Part shown: piece by piece, positions 38,501 through 49,300 of the stretch | How positions within the stretch are numbered: position 1 is the stretch's first letter | How the letters are laid out: each line of letters opens with the position of its first letter | Assembly (NCBI GenBank): GCA_937872175.1 | Contig: CALMPI010000030.1 | Location: 9,273-73,272, forward strand | Length of the DNA: 64,000 nucleotides | Source: an uncultured Flavobacteriales bacterium | GTDB taxonomy: Bacteria; Bacteroidota; Bacteroidia; Flavobacteriales_F; PHOS-HE28 | Direction of reading: 5' to 3' | Made by a program: the position numbers and the translations under genes | Notes under the pieces: model-generated | Databases searched by the model: none | What the model was told of the DNA's origin: nothing | The model's input: only the letters and a program-made list of their open reading frames with translations

Positions 38501-39706
38501 ATGGACACAACACGCAACCACGCAACCCTGACCCTCCGTCTCGCGTTCCTTCCGCTGCTGATCACCGCGGGCCTGTGCCCGGGCATCGCGCAAGACTATG
38601 GCCAGCGCATCATCTATTCCCGGCTTCAGGGGAACCTGCCGCAGGTCCGATTGAACGATGGAGGAGGTACGGACACGCTGCTGATCGCTTCCGCCGCAAT
38701 ACCGCAACTGGTGATGGAAGGCCGCTACCTGCTCTATTTGTCCGGCACCACAGCCCTCAACGGTCTCGACAACATATTGCTCGGAGGGCAATGGATGCGT
38801 CGCACGTTGGCCACCGGCGCTGAGTTCACGATGTTCAATAGCAGCGACTACACGCAGGGGTATGACATGTTCCTCAGTGATAGCACCAGCGCCGTAGCAT
38901 ATGCCTGCAACATTTACAACAACAGCTTCGACAATGCTACCGTGCTGGGCACCATGACCGTGGACTGCAACGACGACTTTCCGCGTATCCGACAGAGTGA
39001 CGAGCTGGTCGTGGGCCACAACGTCTTCACCTCGCTCTTCACCGTGCAACGGAACGGCACCGCGCGGACCGCCATTCCCAATACCCTGGAGTACGACACC
39101 TGGCCGACCTGGTCGCCGGATGGCCAATGGATCCTGTTCGGGCGGAGCAATGGGATGTACGCTGCTGGAGCTGGCTATGGCTTCAATGTGGTGAACTACT
39201 ACAAGATCAAGCAGAGCGGCGACAGCCTCACGCAACTTACCTGGAACCTTCCAACGGACAGCGCCACGTTCACCGGTAACGCCATCTGGACTGAGAACGG
39301 GCAAAGCATCATTGTCGCCGGAACCCGCAACGGACGCTATGGCCTGATGGAGATCGCGGCTGATGGCAGCATGTGGTCGGACACCATCCCCACCGCTCCC
39401 GGCGGGCCGATCTTCTACCTGACCGGTGCACGACCTTATGGGCTGAGCGTGGGGATCGTTGAGCCATGGAGCGCTAGAACGCACGTACAGGTGTTCCCGA
39501 ATCCGACCTCGGGCGATGTGACGCTTATCGGCATGGAGTGGGGCCAGAGCGTTGCGGTGTATGATGCACTGGGCCGGTATAGTCCCGTTGCAGCCAGGCG
39601 CTCAACCGGTGGATCGATCGAGCTTGGCGTATCCGCCTTGCCCGCAGGGGTGTACTTCATCCGAAGCAAGGATGGATCGTTCATTGCGCGCGTCATTCGG
39701 GAGTGA
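38501..39706 (+). CDS. TolB/PD40-like beta-propeller protein with T9SS CTD
   Basis: PTWSPDGQWILF, LTQLT and VFPNPT..VYDALGR..LPAGVYFI motifs. Confidence 0.82.
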   Translation: MDTTRNHATLTLRLAFLPLLITAGLCPGIAQDYGQRIIYSRLQGNLPQVRLNDGGGTDTLLIASAAIPQLVMEGRYLLYLSGTTALNGLDNILLGGQWMRRTLATGAEFTMFNSSDYTQGYDMFLSDSTSAVAYACNIYNNSFDNATVLGTMTVDCNDDFPRIRQSDELVVGHNVFTSLFTVQRNGTARTAIPNTLEYDTWPTWSPDGQWILFGRSNGMYAAGAGYGFNVVNYYKIKQSGDSLTQLTWNLPTDSATFTGNAIWTENGQSIIVAGTRNGRYGLMEIAADGSMWSDTIPTAPGGPIFYLTGARPYGLSVGIVEPWSARTHVQVFPNPTSGDVTLIGMEWGQSVAVYDALGRYSPVAARRSTGGSIELGVSALPAGVYFIRSKDGSFIARVIRE

Positions 39707-39858
39707 ACCAGTGGTGAACACAGGGCCGGTGATGGGTGAGCGGAACGAATGGTGTTCTACGCACCGTTCGTTCGCGTTGGTTGGAGCAACACGCACCGAT
39801 CAGATGCAAAGGGCTTGAAGATGGGCAGCGCTTCCGGTCCTAGGGCTACTTTCGTCGG

Positions 39859-40614
39859 ATGACCAAACGACCGGCCTTGCTCAGGATCGCGCTTTTCTTC
39901 GGCATCGCCCTGTTGCTCTCCTGGTACTTCCGGATACACGTACCGCATTGGTTCGAGGCCCTCGAATTGCCCCTTGGTCTTACGCCGTTCAAGTACCTGC
40001 TCGAAGGCATCGGCCCGTTGGCGGGGGCGTTGGTGGTGATGGCATTGTTCCGCTCGCCACGTCGTGTAACGCTCTTTGGCAGTTCGTGGAAATGGAGCGT
40101 GTTGATGGCCATGCTACCCGTTGTCCTGTTCGCCGTGATCGGGATCGAGGACACGCAAGCCGGAAGCAACCGCCACTTCCACGGCGCCATCATCGGTGCG
40201 GTGTCCATGGGGTATGTGGTGTTCGAGGAATTCGGCTGGCGGGGTTACCTGCTGGACGAGGTACGTGGCATGGGCATCGGCGGGATCTGGGTGCGCGCCC
40301 TTCTCATTGGTGTGCTGTGGTACGCCTGGCACCTCACCCCGTTCAACGCGGCTTCCATAGGCGAACACGCGGTGTTCATGGGTCTGCTGATCTTCGGCAG
40401 CTGGGGTTTCGAGCGCATCTCGGATACCACGGGTTCCGTGGTCTCCGTGGCTTGCTTCCATCTCCTGGGCAGCTTGCTCAGCACCAACGCGCTGATTCAG
40501 GATGGCATGAGCGGTACGAGTCGCATGCTCATCTTCGGGATCTGCTTGGTCACCTGGATCGCCATGGTGAGCAAATGGCCGGGTCGTGATCGTGCGCCTG
40601 GAGGCACGTCCTGA
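39859..40614 (+). CDS. CPBP family intramembrane metalloprotease (CAAX protease type II)
   Basis: FEEFGWRGYL, W.AWH and A.FH motifs with multiple TM helices. Confidence 0.9.
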   Translation: MTKRPALLRIALFFGIALLLSWYFRIHVPHWFEALELPLGLTPFKYLLEGIGPLAGALVVMALFRSPRRVTLFGSSWKWSVLMAMLPVVLFAVIGIEDTQAGSNRHFHGAIIGAVSMGYVVFEEFGWRGYLLDEVRGMGIGGIWVRALLIGVLWYAWHLTPFNAASIGEHAVFMGLLIFGSWGFERISDTTGSVVSVACFHLLGSLLSTNALIQDGMSGTSRMLIFGICLVTWIAMVSKWPGRDRAPGGTS

Positions 40615-40844
40615 ACGGTGATCGTGATCGGTCGCGTTGCTGCCTTGGTCGGTCCTGCTATGTAAGACCAGGTGGATGGACCGGCATTGATCAGTAGTTG
40701 GGATCAAACACCATCAACTCGGCGCACCTCAGGCGCGAAGGCGAATCACGATTCGAGCGACCGCGCCCTCCGACCGCAGGTTCACCGGACGATCGCCGCA
40801 GGCCCCGTGGCTTGTTTGTCACCTGCGAGCTGGTGGCACAAGAA

Positions 40845-41040
40845 TGCGCCTTGCTGTTGCCGATAGCCATGAGCAAACTGAGCGCCGCCGCGTGAGAGGC
40901 AACGCCGAACTCCGTTTCTACACGAGCGGAAGCACGTTGCGTTCGATGTCCACCATGCCGTCCACGCACACGTTCACAATGACGAGCAGGGTGAACCGCG
41001 TCCAGTTGGCGCGGAGGCCGGGGGCGGAAGTAGTGTTCAT
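40845..41040 (-). pseudogene. Frameshifted 5' fragment of an MFS transporter
   Basis: MNTTSAPGLRANWTRFTLLVIVNVCVDGMVDIERNVLPLV* (stop 40918-40920) continues in another frame as ETEFGVASHAAALSLLMAIGNSKA. This resembles, from memory, an MFS N-terminus GLR.NW.QF.LLV.VN..VG.MVG.ER..LP..AE.EFG. Confidence 0.55.
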
Positions 41041-41256
41041 CACGCATGCATATGTTGATGCCGGACGCTAGCAGTGCCGCGAACGCCAAGATCATAGCGC
41101 CGACCTTGAATTCCGCACTGCGGATCGTCACCTTCGGGATGAGGTTCTTGCCGCATCGCTCGGCGATCCGCGTGCGAAGGCATGCCGAGAATGAACAACC
41201 AGATCGGAACACATACCGCTTCCAATAGGTATTCCGGCCTGCTCTGCTGAACGTGA

Positions 41257-44200
41257 TCAGACATGGATCCGCAATCGCACTTCGGTGCCGGTGCCTGGCG
41301 CGCTGCTGAACTCCAGCTCCGCACCGATGCCTTTCGCCCGTTCCGGCATGGTGCGCGCACCGTAGCTGTCGGGCTTCGCCGCAGCGGGATCGAAGCCCTT
41401 GCCATCGTCCTTCAGGCGGAAAAGAATGCGGCCTGCATCGTGCTGCACCGCTAGTGTGCAGTGCTCCGCATCGGCATGCTTCGCACAATTGTTCATCGCT
41501 TCCTTCATGATCAGCGTGATCGCGCGGCGTTGCTCCATGTGAAGCTTCACGTCCTTCATCGTGTCGTTCCGTCCTTCGAGTTGGAAGCGCGTCTCGGTGC
41601 GATCGAAGAGCGTCAGCGCGAAGGCCGACAAACGATCGAGCACATCGAGCAGGGTGTCGCGGCCCGGGTCCATGCTCCAGATCAGGTCGCGGATGCCGGC
41701 GGAGAGTTCGCGTTGCGCTTGCTCGATGTGCTCCAGGTGAGCCGCTGTCGCAGGATCGCTGCTCGTGCGCTGTTTCGCCAAGCCCGTGTGCAAGCCGATG
41801 CGCGTGAGCTTGGCACCGCTCTCATCGTGGAAATCGGCGGCACTGCGCCGACGGAAGTCCTCGCGTTCCAGGCTGCGCGCCTCGGCGATCCGCAGCCCTG
41901 TCTGCAATTCGCGTGTGGCTTCGCGCAGGCGATAGCGGTACCACGCATAACCGAGCGCGACGAGCACCAACGCATAGAAGGCGTAGGCGTACCACGTGCG
42001 CCACGGCGGTGCGCTGATGGTCAACGCAAGCGTAGCGCCCTCCTCGTTCCACACACCATCGTTGTTGCTGCCCTGCACGCGCAGCACATACTCGCCGGGA
42101 TCGAGATTGGTATAGGTGACGCTGCTGCGCGAGCCGGCTTCGGTCCAATCCTCATCGAAGCCTTCGAGCGTGTACCGATAGCGATTGCGTTCCGGTGCGA
42201 TGAAGTTGAGCGCTGCGAACTCGAAGCCGATCACCTTCTCGCGCCACGAGAGGTCGATGCGTTCGAGGGCATGCACGGCGCGAGCCAGCGCGAAGCCCGT
42301 TGCGCCGGAACAGCGCAGCGGCACCGCTTCGTTGTTCAGCAGGAAGCGGGTGATGCGCACCGGTGGAGCAACGCGATTGCTGACCAATTCCTCCGGCGCG
42401 AACCAGTTCAAGCCCTGCGGGCCGCCGAAGTAGAGCGTTCCATCCGCAGCGCGCAGGTATGCGTTCTGGTTGAACTCTTCGCCCAATAAACCGTCGGATC
42501 GTGCGAGCGTGCGAACAACCGTTCCGGTTCTTCGATCCAATTGCGCAAGCCCGCCATTGGTGCTCAGCCACAGTCGATCGCCATCGGCGAGGATCCCGTA
42601 GACCACTTCGTTGGGCAATCCGATCGAGCGACCATATCGATTGAATATCCCTTCAGGCGCATGCCCTGCCATGATCACGTTCCGCAAGCTGTCGTTCAGC
42701 GGGCGACGTGTTCGACAGAGGCCGTTGGCCGTGCCCACCCATAGGTGCTTTCCTTCATCGAGGTAAGTACAGAGCACCAGGTCGTCGCTCAAGCTACCCA
42801 TGTCCTCCGGGCTACGGCGCACCGCGCCGAATCTGTTGCTCATGGGATCGAACAGCAATAGTCCACCTCCCGCGCTGCCCATCCAGAGGAAGCCCGCATC
42901 ATCCTCCATCACCGTGAAGAGGTAGGGATGCGGCGCCGCTCCTTCACCGGTGGCGGGCGAGCAGGTCACTACGCCATCGGCGCCGATGCTGCACAGACCC
43001 GCGCCGCCCGTGGCGATCCAGGTGCGGCCATCGCGAGCAGTATGCAGGCCATGCACGATCGCGCTTCGTTGCGGATCGGTGGATGCTGCGGCAACGATCC
43101 GGTGGAATCGAGGCGAAGGAGCTTCGCCGCGCACCACTTGAACACCACCGCCCAGGGTGCCGACAAGGATCTCGCCTTGCGCATTTCGCGCGAGCGAGAG
43201 AACATAATCCGCGCTAAGGGATCGGGGATCACGCGGGTTGTTCCGATGGACCTTCACCGTTGCGTTCGAGCGGTCCCAAATGGAAAGACCGGCAGGCGAT
43301 CCGATCCAGAGCTTGTCGCCATCCTCGAGCAGACAGGTCACGCTCGCGTGCGGAAGTGAAACAGGGTCACCGGGCACGTGCGGCAGGCCATGTACCACGG
43401 GCTCCACTTGGTCGATGCGATCGAGGCCGTTGCGCGTGCCCACCCAGATCTCGCCGCCTTTTCCCGCGTGCAGTGAGAGGACATGGTCATCGGCCAAGCT
43501 GCGCGGATCATTCGGATCGTGGCGATGCAGCGTCACGCGGCCTTGCGGGTCGCGGTGGATCAGTCCGTGCGTCGTGCCCACCCACGCATGGCCGTTGTGG
43601 ATCAGCATGCAATGGAAGCCGGTACGTGGATCGGCACCGCGCACCGATCCCGCTACGACCAGCAGCTCTTCGGCTCCATTGGCCGGATCGATGCGCACGA
43701 GCCGGTGCCTGTCGAGCATGTAAGTGGCCTCGCCCACGCGGGCCAGCGCGGTCACTTCCGTTCCAGGGGATATGGTGCGCAGGCCGCCGGTGCGGAAGTC
43801 GAGCGCCGACAGTCCTACGGAGGTCCGGAGCAACAAATGGTCTTCATCACCTGGAGCCATCGCGCCGATCAAGTCGCCCTTCACGAAAACATCCTTCAGC
43901 ACCTGCGTCACGGTTCCTGTTGCACGGTCGATCCGATCGAGCCCTGTGCTGGTGCGCACCCACAGCGTACCAGCGGGATGCTCCAAGAGGCCTACGACCC
44001 GATCACCGGAAAGGCCGCTGCCCCGACGATGATTCGAGATCATGCCGGTCGCCGGATCCAACCGATCGAGCCCACCGCCGAAAGTGCCGACCCACAAACC
44101 ACCATCGGCATCCTCCAATAAGCTCCAGATGTAGTTGTTCGCAAGGCTGTTGCTCCTGTCCGAATGGCGGTAGGAAAGCACGCTGCGGCCATCGAACCGA

Positions 44201-44391
44201 TCGAGCCCATCCTGCGTGCCGAACCATAGGAAGCCGTGGTGGTCCTGTACGATCGCGTTCACCGAGTTCTGTGAAAGGCCGTTGGCGATGGTGAGGTGAT
44301 GGAAGATGCCCGCAGCGGCGTGCGCGAACGCGGCGTGTGCCAGGACCGACAGGGCGATGCTAAGGGCAAGCCGCGTCTTTCGTCCCGACAT
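41257..44391 (-). CDS. Two-component sensor kinase with Reg_prop beta-propeller, Y_Y_Y and HisKA_3 domains
   Basis: GLSQNSV..QDHHGFLWFGTQDGL repeats, LDPGEYVLRVQGSN, PPW.TW, DFHDESG, KEAMNNCAKHA and DDGKGF; start 44391 or 44409. Confidence 0.93.
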   Translation of the reverse strand: MSGRKTRLALSIALSVLAHAAFAHAAAGIFHHLTIANGLSQNSVNAIVQDHHGFLWFGTQDGLDRFDGRSVLSYRHSDRSNSLANNYIWSLLEDADGGLWVGTFGGGLDRLDPATGMISNHRRGSGLSGDRVVGLLEHPAGTLWVRTSTGLDRIDRATGTVTQVLKDVFVKGDLIGAMAPGDEDHLLLRTSVGLSALDFRTGGLRTISPGTEVTALARVGEATYMLDRHRLVRIDPANGAEELLVVAGSVRGADPRTGFHCMLIHNGHAWVGTTHGLIHRDPQGRVTLHRHDPNDPRSLADDHVLSLHAGKGGEIWVGTRNGLDRIDQVEPVVHGLPHVPGDPVSLPHASVTCLLEDGDKLWIGSPAGLSIWDRSNATVKVHRNNPRDPRSLSADYVLSLARNAQGEILVGTLGGGVQVVRGEAPSPRFHRIVAAASTDPQRSAIVHGLHTARDGRTWIATGGAGLCSIGADGVVTCSPATGEGAAPHPYLFTVMEDDAGFLWMGSAGGGLLLFDPMSNRFGAVRRSPEDMGSLSDDLVLCTYLDEGKHLWVGTANGLCRTRRPLNDSLRNVIMAGHAPEGIFNRYGRSIGLPNEVVYGILADGDRLWLSTNGGLAQLDRRTGTVVRTLARSDGLLGEEFNQNAYLRAADGTLYFGGPQGLNWFAPEELVSNRVAPPVRITRFLLNNEAVPLRCSGATGFALARAVHALERIDLSWREKVIGFEFAALNFIAPERNRYRYTLEGFDEDWTEAGSRSSVTYTNLDPGEYVLRVQGSNNDGVWNEEGATLALTISAPPWRTWYAYAFYALVLVALGYAWYRYRLREATRELQTGLRIAEARSLEREDFRRRSAADFHDESGAKLTRIGLHTGLAKQRTSSDPATAAHLEHIEQAQRELSAGIRDLIWSMDPGRDTLLDVLDRLSAFALTLFDRTETRFQLEGRNDTMKDVKLHMEQRRAITLIMKEAMNNCAKHADAEHCTLAVQHDAGRILFRLKDDGKGFDPAAAKPDSYGARTMPERAKGIGAELEFSSAPGTGTEVRLRIHV

Positions 44392-44479
44392 GGCGATCGC
44401 ATGGTTCATGTCTCAAAGGAAGGGAGATCACCTCGCGCAGGCATCGTGCGGAACAGGTCGCATTTCCGCAACTTGCGCC

Positions 44480-46264
44480 ATGCGCTTCCCCATCCTGGCT
44501 GTGTTGTTGATCGCTGCGCAGGCCCACGCCCAGCTTGACAGCCTGCTGCGCGTGCGCGACGCACTGGCGCGGGACACATCGCGCCTGCCCGTGCTCACCG
44601 AGCTGTTGAGGGCGACCGTGTTCAACGACCCGGACAGCGCACTCGTCTTTGCCCGGGAGTACAGGGCCATCGCCGAGCGGAGCGGGATCGACCTCGAGAT
44701 CGGCAAAGGGCACAACTACACGGGCATGTGCCATACGAGCCTCAGCGACCATGACAACGCGCTCCGGCACTACCTGGCCGCGTTGACCCATTTCGAACGC
44801 GGAGGCGACCCCTGGTACACGGCCATGGCGCACAACAACATCGGCACCGTGCACGAGAAGCTGCGCCGCTTCGACAAGGCGGCGGCCGAGTATGAGATGG
44901 CCTTGAAGGGGTTCCGGAGCATCCCGGATTCCGTGTGGATGGCGAACGTGTCCAACAACATGGGGAACATCCTTTACGAACAGAGGGGATTCGACCGGTC
45001 CGTGGCGTACTACCGGCAGGCGGACACGATCCTGACCGCCCTGGGGTTCGATCGCTATGCCGCCACCACGCGGATGAACCTGGCCAACGCCTTGGACGAG
45101 CTTGGGCGGAGCGCGGAGGCACTGGACATCCTGCGGAGCGCCATGGCCATCATGCCCGTGGGCGAGGATGAGAACACCCGGGCCAACATGCTGGCCGACC
45201 TCGGGCGCCTGCATGGCAAAGCAGGCGATCAGGACAGTGCGCTGCTGCACATGCGCGAGGGTCTTGCGCTGGCCACCGCGGTGCAGGCCGGCGATGTGCA
45301 GGCGAACGCCCACGAGTTCCTCAGCGCGTGGTTCGAGGAACGGGGCCGGCTGGACTCGGCCCTCTTCCACTTCAAGCGGGCCACCGCGTTGCACGACACC
45401 ATCCTGGGCGCTGAACGAAGCGCGCAGGTCGCCGAGATGCAGGAGAAGTATGAGAGCGGAAGGAAGGACGCGCTCATCGCGGAGAACAGGGCGCAGCTCG
45501 AACGCCGGGCCCTCACCATCAAGGCCATAGCCGCAGGGGCCCTGCTGCTGCTCGGGGTCGCGCTCTTCGCCTACCGGGCCTATCGCCTCAAGCGGAAGGG
45601 CGAACGCGAGGTGATGGCCCAGAAGAAGGTGATCGAGGCGCAGTTGATGGAGAAGGAACTGCTGCTGCGCGAGATCCATCACCGTGTGAAGAACAACCTG
45701 CAGACCGTGAGCAGTCTGCTCAGCATCCAGGGCCGCGGGATCACCGACGCCAGGGCGAAGGAGGCGGTGAACGACAGCCGCCTGCGCGTGAAGAGCATGG
45801 CGCTCATCCACCAGGACCTCTATCGCGAGGGCGACCTCACCGGCGTGGCGATGCCGGCCTATGTGGAGAAGCTCGTCCACGGCCTGATCACCAGCTACGG
45901 CATGACCGGTCGCGTGCGCGCCGATCTGCGCGTGGCACCGGTGAGCCTGGACGTGGACACCGCCGTGCCGATCGGGCTCATCCTGAACGAGCTCGTCACC
46001 AACGCGCTCAAGTATGCCTGGCCCGATGCTCGAACGGGCGTGCTGTCCATCGTTGTGCAGGAGACCGACGGGGCGTTGGTGGTGGAGGTGGCCGATGATG
46101 GCGTGGGCGTCGCCGATCCGGAGACGATCTCCGCGGACGGAACGGGCTTCGGACTGGGCATGATCCGCACGTTCGCCAACAAGCTCAAGGCGGAGCACAG
46201 CATCAGCGGGGCGCGTGGCACCACGGTGCGGCTCGTTGTGCGCAACTACACGCGCACCGGCTGA
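44480..46264 (+). CDS. Orphan TPR-containing sensor histidine kinase (HisKA_2 type)
   Basis: Signal peptide, canonical TPRs (AMAHNNIG.., MANVSNNMG..), TM, EIHHRVKNNLQ, NELVTNALKY, DDGVG and GFGL; no adjacent regulator. Confidence 0.93.
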   Translation: MRFPILAVLLIAAQAHAQLDSLLRVRDALARDTSRLPVLTELLRATVFNDPDSALVFAREYRAIAERSGIDLEIGKGHNYTGMCHTSLSDHDNALRHYLAALTHFERGGDPWYTAMAHNNIGTVHEKLRRFDKAAAEYEMALKGFRSIPDSVWMANVSNNMGNILYEQRGFDRSVAYYRQADTILTALGFDRYAATTRMNLANALDELGRSAEALDILRSAMAIMPVGEDENTRANMLADLGRLHGKAGDQDSALLHMREGLALATAVQAGDVQANAHEFLSAWFEERGRLDSALFHFKRATALHDTILGAERSAQVAEMQEKYESGRKDALIAENRAQLERRALTIKAIAAGALLLLGVALFAYRAYRLKRKGEREVMAQKKVIEAQLMEKELLLREIHHRVKNNLQTVSSLLSIQGRGITDARAKEAVNDSRLRVKSMALIHQDLYREGDLTGVAMPAYVEKLVHGLITSYGMTGRVRADLRVAPVSLDVDTAVPIGLILNELVTNALKYAWPDARTGVLSIVVQETDGALVVEVADDGVGVADPETISADGTGFGLGMIRTFANKLKAEHSISGARGTTVRLVVRNYTRTG

Positions 46265-46275
46265 CGGGGCACGGA

Positions 46276-46345
46276 CGTTCACCCGCCGGTGGGCCGCGTT
46301 CACCCGATCGGGCTGGACCGCTGGCGACGGCTTCGGGGATCTTGC
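46276..46345 (+). promoter_or_regulatory. Putative LytTR direct-repeat operator plus -7-like box
   Basis: CGTTCACCCG at 46276 and 46297 (the latter CGTTCACCCGATC, identical to 27020 and 27041); GATCTTGC at 46338. Confidence 0.65.
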
Positions 46346-46363
46346 AGGGTCCATCCCTTCGCC

Positions 46364-49300
46364 ATGTCCCGCCCCTGTCGCCCCCTGTCCGTCGCTGTGC
46401 TGCTTTCCGCCTGCACCCCTGCGCTGGCACAGCTCAGTGGCACGTACACCATCGACGGGAGCGGAGCCGGCGATTACCTCTCCTTCGGCGCGGCCATCGA
46501 TGACCTGAACGCGCTTGGTGTGAACGGCCCGGTGCTGTTCGAGGTGACCGACGGATCTTACTCCGGCCGTGCGACCATCGGGGCGGTGGCCGGTGTGTCC
46601 GCCGTGAACACGGTGACCTTCCGCGGGCAAAGCCTCGACAGCTCGTTGGTGACCTGGAGCGAGGCCAGCTACACCTCCATCCCCTCGCTGGGCCACAACA
46701 GCCTGCTGCGCCTGGACGGTGCCCGGTACATCACACTGGAGCACATGACCCTGCAACGCACGGGCACCGACCAGTATGCGCACGTGGTGGTGATCGACGG
46801 GTCCACGGCACATGTCACCGTGCGGCACTGCAGGCTGCGCGGCCCCACGAACTTCACCGCCGCGGTGCAGGACCGCAACGTGATCCACTGCGCCAGCGGC
46901 ACCGTGCAGGCGGACATCCGGTTCGAGGCCGATCGCATCGAGCATGGCAACCATGGCCTCTATTGGTGGGCCACTGCGGGCGAGGCCGATGAAGTGAGCC
47001 TGGAGGGCTGCGATCTCCACGAGGCGCGCGTGTGGTTCCAAGGGATCACCGGACAGGTGCATTTGCTGGGCAACACCTCCTTCCACACCCAGGCAGCGAA
47101 TTGTGTGACCGCCCTGAGCCTGAGCGGGGATGTGGACATCAGCCGCAACACGCTGCGCTCCGTTGGGCTCTACACCACCCTGGCCCTGCAGCAGCTCGCC
47201 GGGACAGCTGCCCAGCCCATCCGAGTGGCGAACAACATGGTGATCGGGAGCAACAGCACCGTGAGCCTGGTGTTCTGTGACCGGGTTGATCTGTTGCACA
47301 ACAGCGTGTCGGGTGCAGGCAACATCTCCAATGGGAACACGGCCATCCGGATGTTGAACAACAGCTGGTACCGCGACCTGGGCTACGCGCTCACCGTGGG
47401 TGCCACGGCCACCGTGATCGCTTCGGACCACAACTGCTACCACACGGTGTCCGGTGCCGCCGTCAGCTGGTCCGGTGGCCACACGGCCCAGGCCTCCCTT
47501 ACGGCAGCCACCGGTCTCGACGCCAACAGCCTCTTCATGGACCCGGTCTACGTGGACCCGCTCACCGACCTCCACATCCAAACCACCTCCCCTTGCAGTG
47601 GCACGGGGACGCTCGCGGCGGGCGTGACCGATGATCGGGATGCGGAGCTGCGACCGCGCCCCGCGCTGAGCGACCCGGACATCGGAGCGGATGAAACGGA
47701 CGAGTACTGCTTCACCCTCAACGGGACCTACACCATCGGCCCGTCCGTCGGTGCGGACTTCCCCACGTTCAGCGCGGCCGTGCTGAAGCTGAGCATCTGC
47801 GGCATCACCGGGCCGGTCCTCTTCCTGGTGGAGGACGGGGTGTACACCGAGGCCATCAGCCTGCCGGCCATCACCGGGACGTCCTCCACCAACACGGTGA
47901 CCTTCCGCGGCAATGGGGCGGACAGCACGGCGGTCACCCTGCGCTATCCCGCCACGGCCACCTCAGCGCCCATCGATCACGTGGTGCGCATGGAGGGCGC
48001 CGATCACGTGGCCTTCGAGCGCATCACCCTGGAGCGGTACGGCGTGGCGTCCTATGGGACCATCTTCCGCTTCCGTTCCGGTGGTGGCACGCCCAACGAC
48101 CCCTCCACGCACATCCGCTTCACCGGCTGCCGTTTCCTGCGCACGGGTGCGATCGGCTTCAACAGCGTGATGGTCAGCGCGGCCAATTCCCCGGCCCTCA
48201 ACGAAGTGGGTACGGTCTTCGAGGGGAACTACTTCAACGGTGGGGTCTATGCGTTCGGGAACCCGGGCAATGCGGGGGATGAGTGGACCATCACGAACAA
48301 TGTGGTCGAGAACGTGCAAGGTGGCATCACCGTGTTCCAGGCTTCGTCCGTCACCATTTCCGGGAACCGGGTCACCATGCTCGGGAACAGCCTGTTCCCG
48401 GCCATCAAGGTGACCTGCGGCTGCGATGCGGCGATCGATGACAACCGGGTGCTGACCAGGGGGACCGCCCTGGAGCTCACCGTGGCCGCCACCGCCGGTG
48501 CTCCGGCCTGGGTCACGAACAACACCCTCATTTCGGACCTGTTCGCCGGGCACGCCCTGCGGATCCTCGGCCTGAACAACCACGTTCGGATCGTGCACAA
48601 CTCCGTGAGCGCATACTCCGGCCGCGCGCTGTTCGCGAGCGCCGCCGCTGGTTCGTCGGACCTCTGGCTGCTGAACAACATCCTGGCGAGCCGCTTCAGC
48701 CATCCGCTGGATGCCCCCTCCGGGGCCGCGTTCAGCGACGTGCGCCACAACCTGCTGCAGAAGGCGGCCAGCACCCTGGCCACGTGGAACGGCGCCTCCG
48801 TCACCACCCTGACCGCGCTGCAGTCCGTGAGCGGCATGTTCGCCAACAGCTTCGCCGGCGCTTCCTGCTATTTCGATCCAGCGAGCGACCTCCACTCCTA
48901 CAGCATGGAGGCCGATGGCGCCGCACTGCCCTTCGCCCTCTTCCCCACGGACATGGATGGCGAGCCGCGGAGCACCACCACACCGGACATCGGCGCGGAT
49001 GAGTTCCAACCGCAATTGTGGTCGGCCACCGATGATCTCTGCGTGCCCGCCGACCCCATCACGAGCACCGGCACGGGTACCGACCAATGGATCTACAAGG
49101 ACCGCAAGGTGGTGGCGCGCTTCAACGACAACGGGCAGCCCCTGGGGATCGTGCAGTTCGGCGTGTTCCTCAACAGCGGTCCGGTGCGCCAGAGCCTCAT
49201 CGGCCAGCACTACCTGGACCGCAACTGGCACTTCACCACCTCCCTGCCCATGTCCGGCACCGCCATCGTCCGGCTCTTCCACAGCGCCGATGAGTTCGCC

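Noticed and set aside
39701-39775. Reverse-oriented GTTCAC/GCTCACCC-like motifs after the PD40 gene
   Set aside because: They point back into the end of a gene with irregular spacing and cannot be tied to a promoter.
40691-41488. 265-aa minus-strand ORF and 121-aa ORF 41040-41405 in the gap
   Set aside because: They overlap the kinase end, have no coherent protein features, and are better explained by the MFS remnant in mixed frames.
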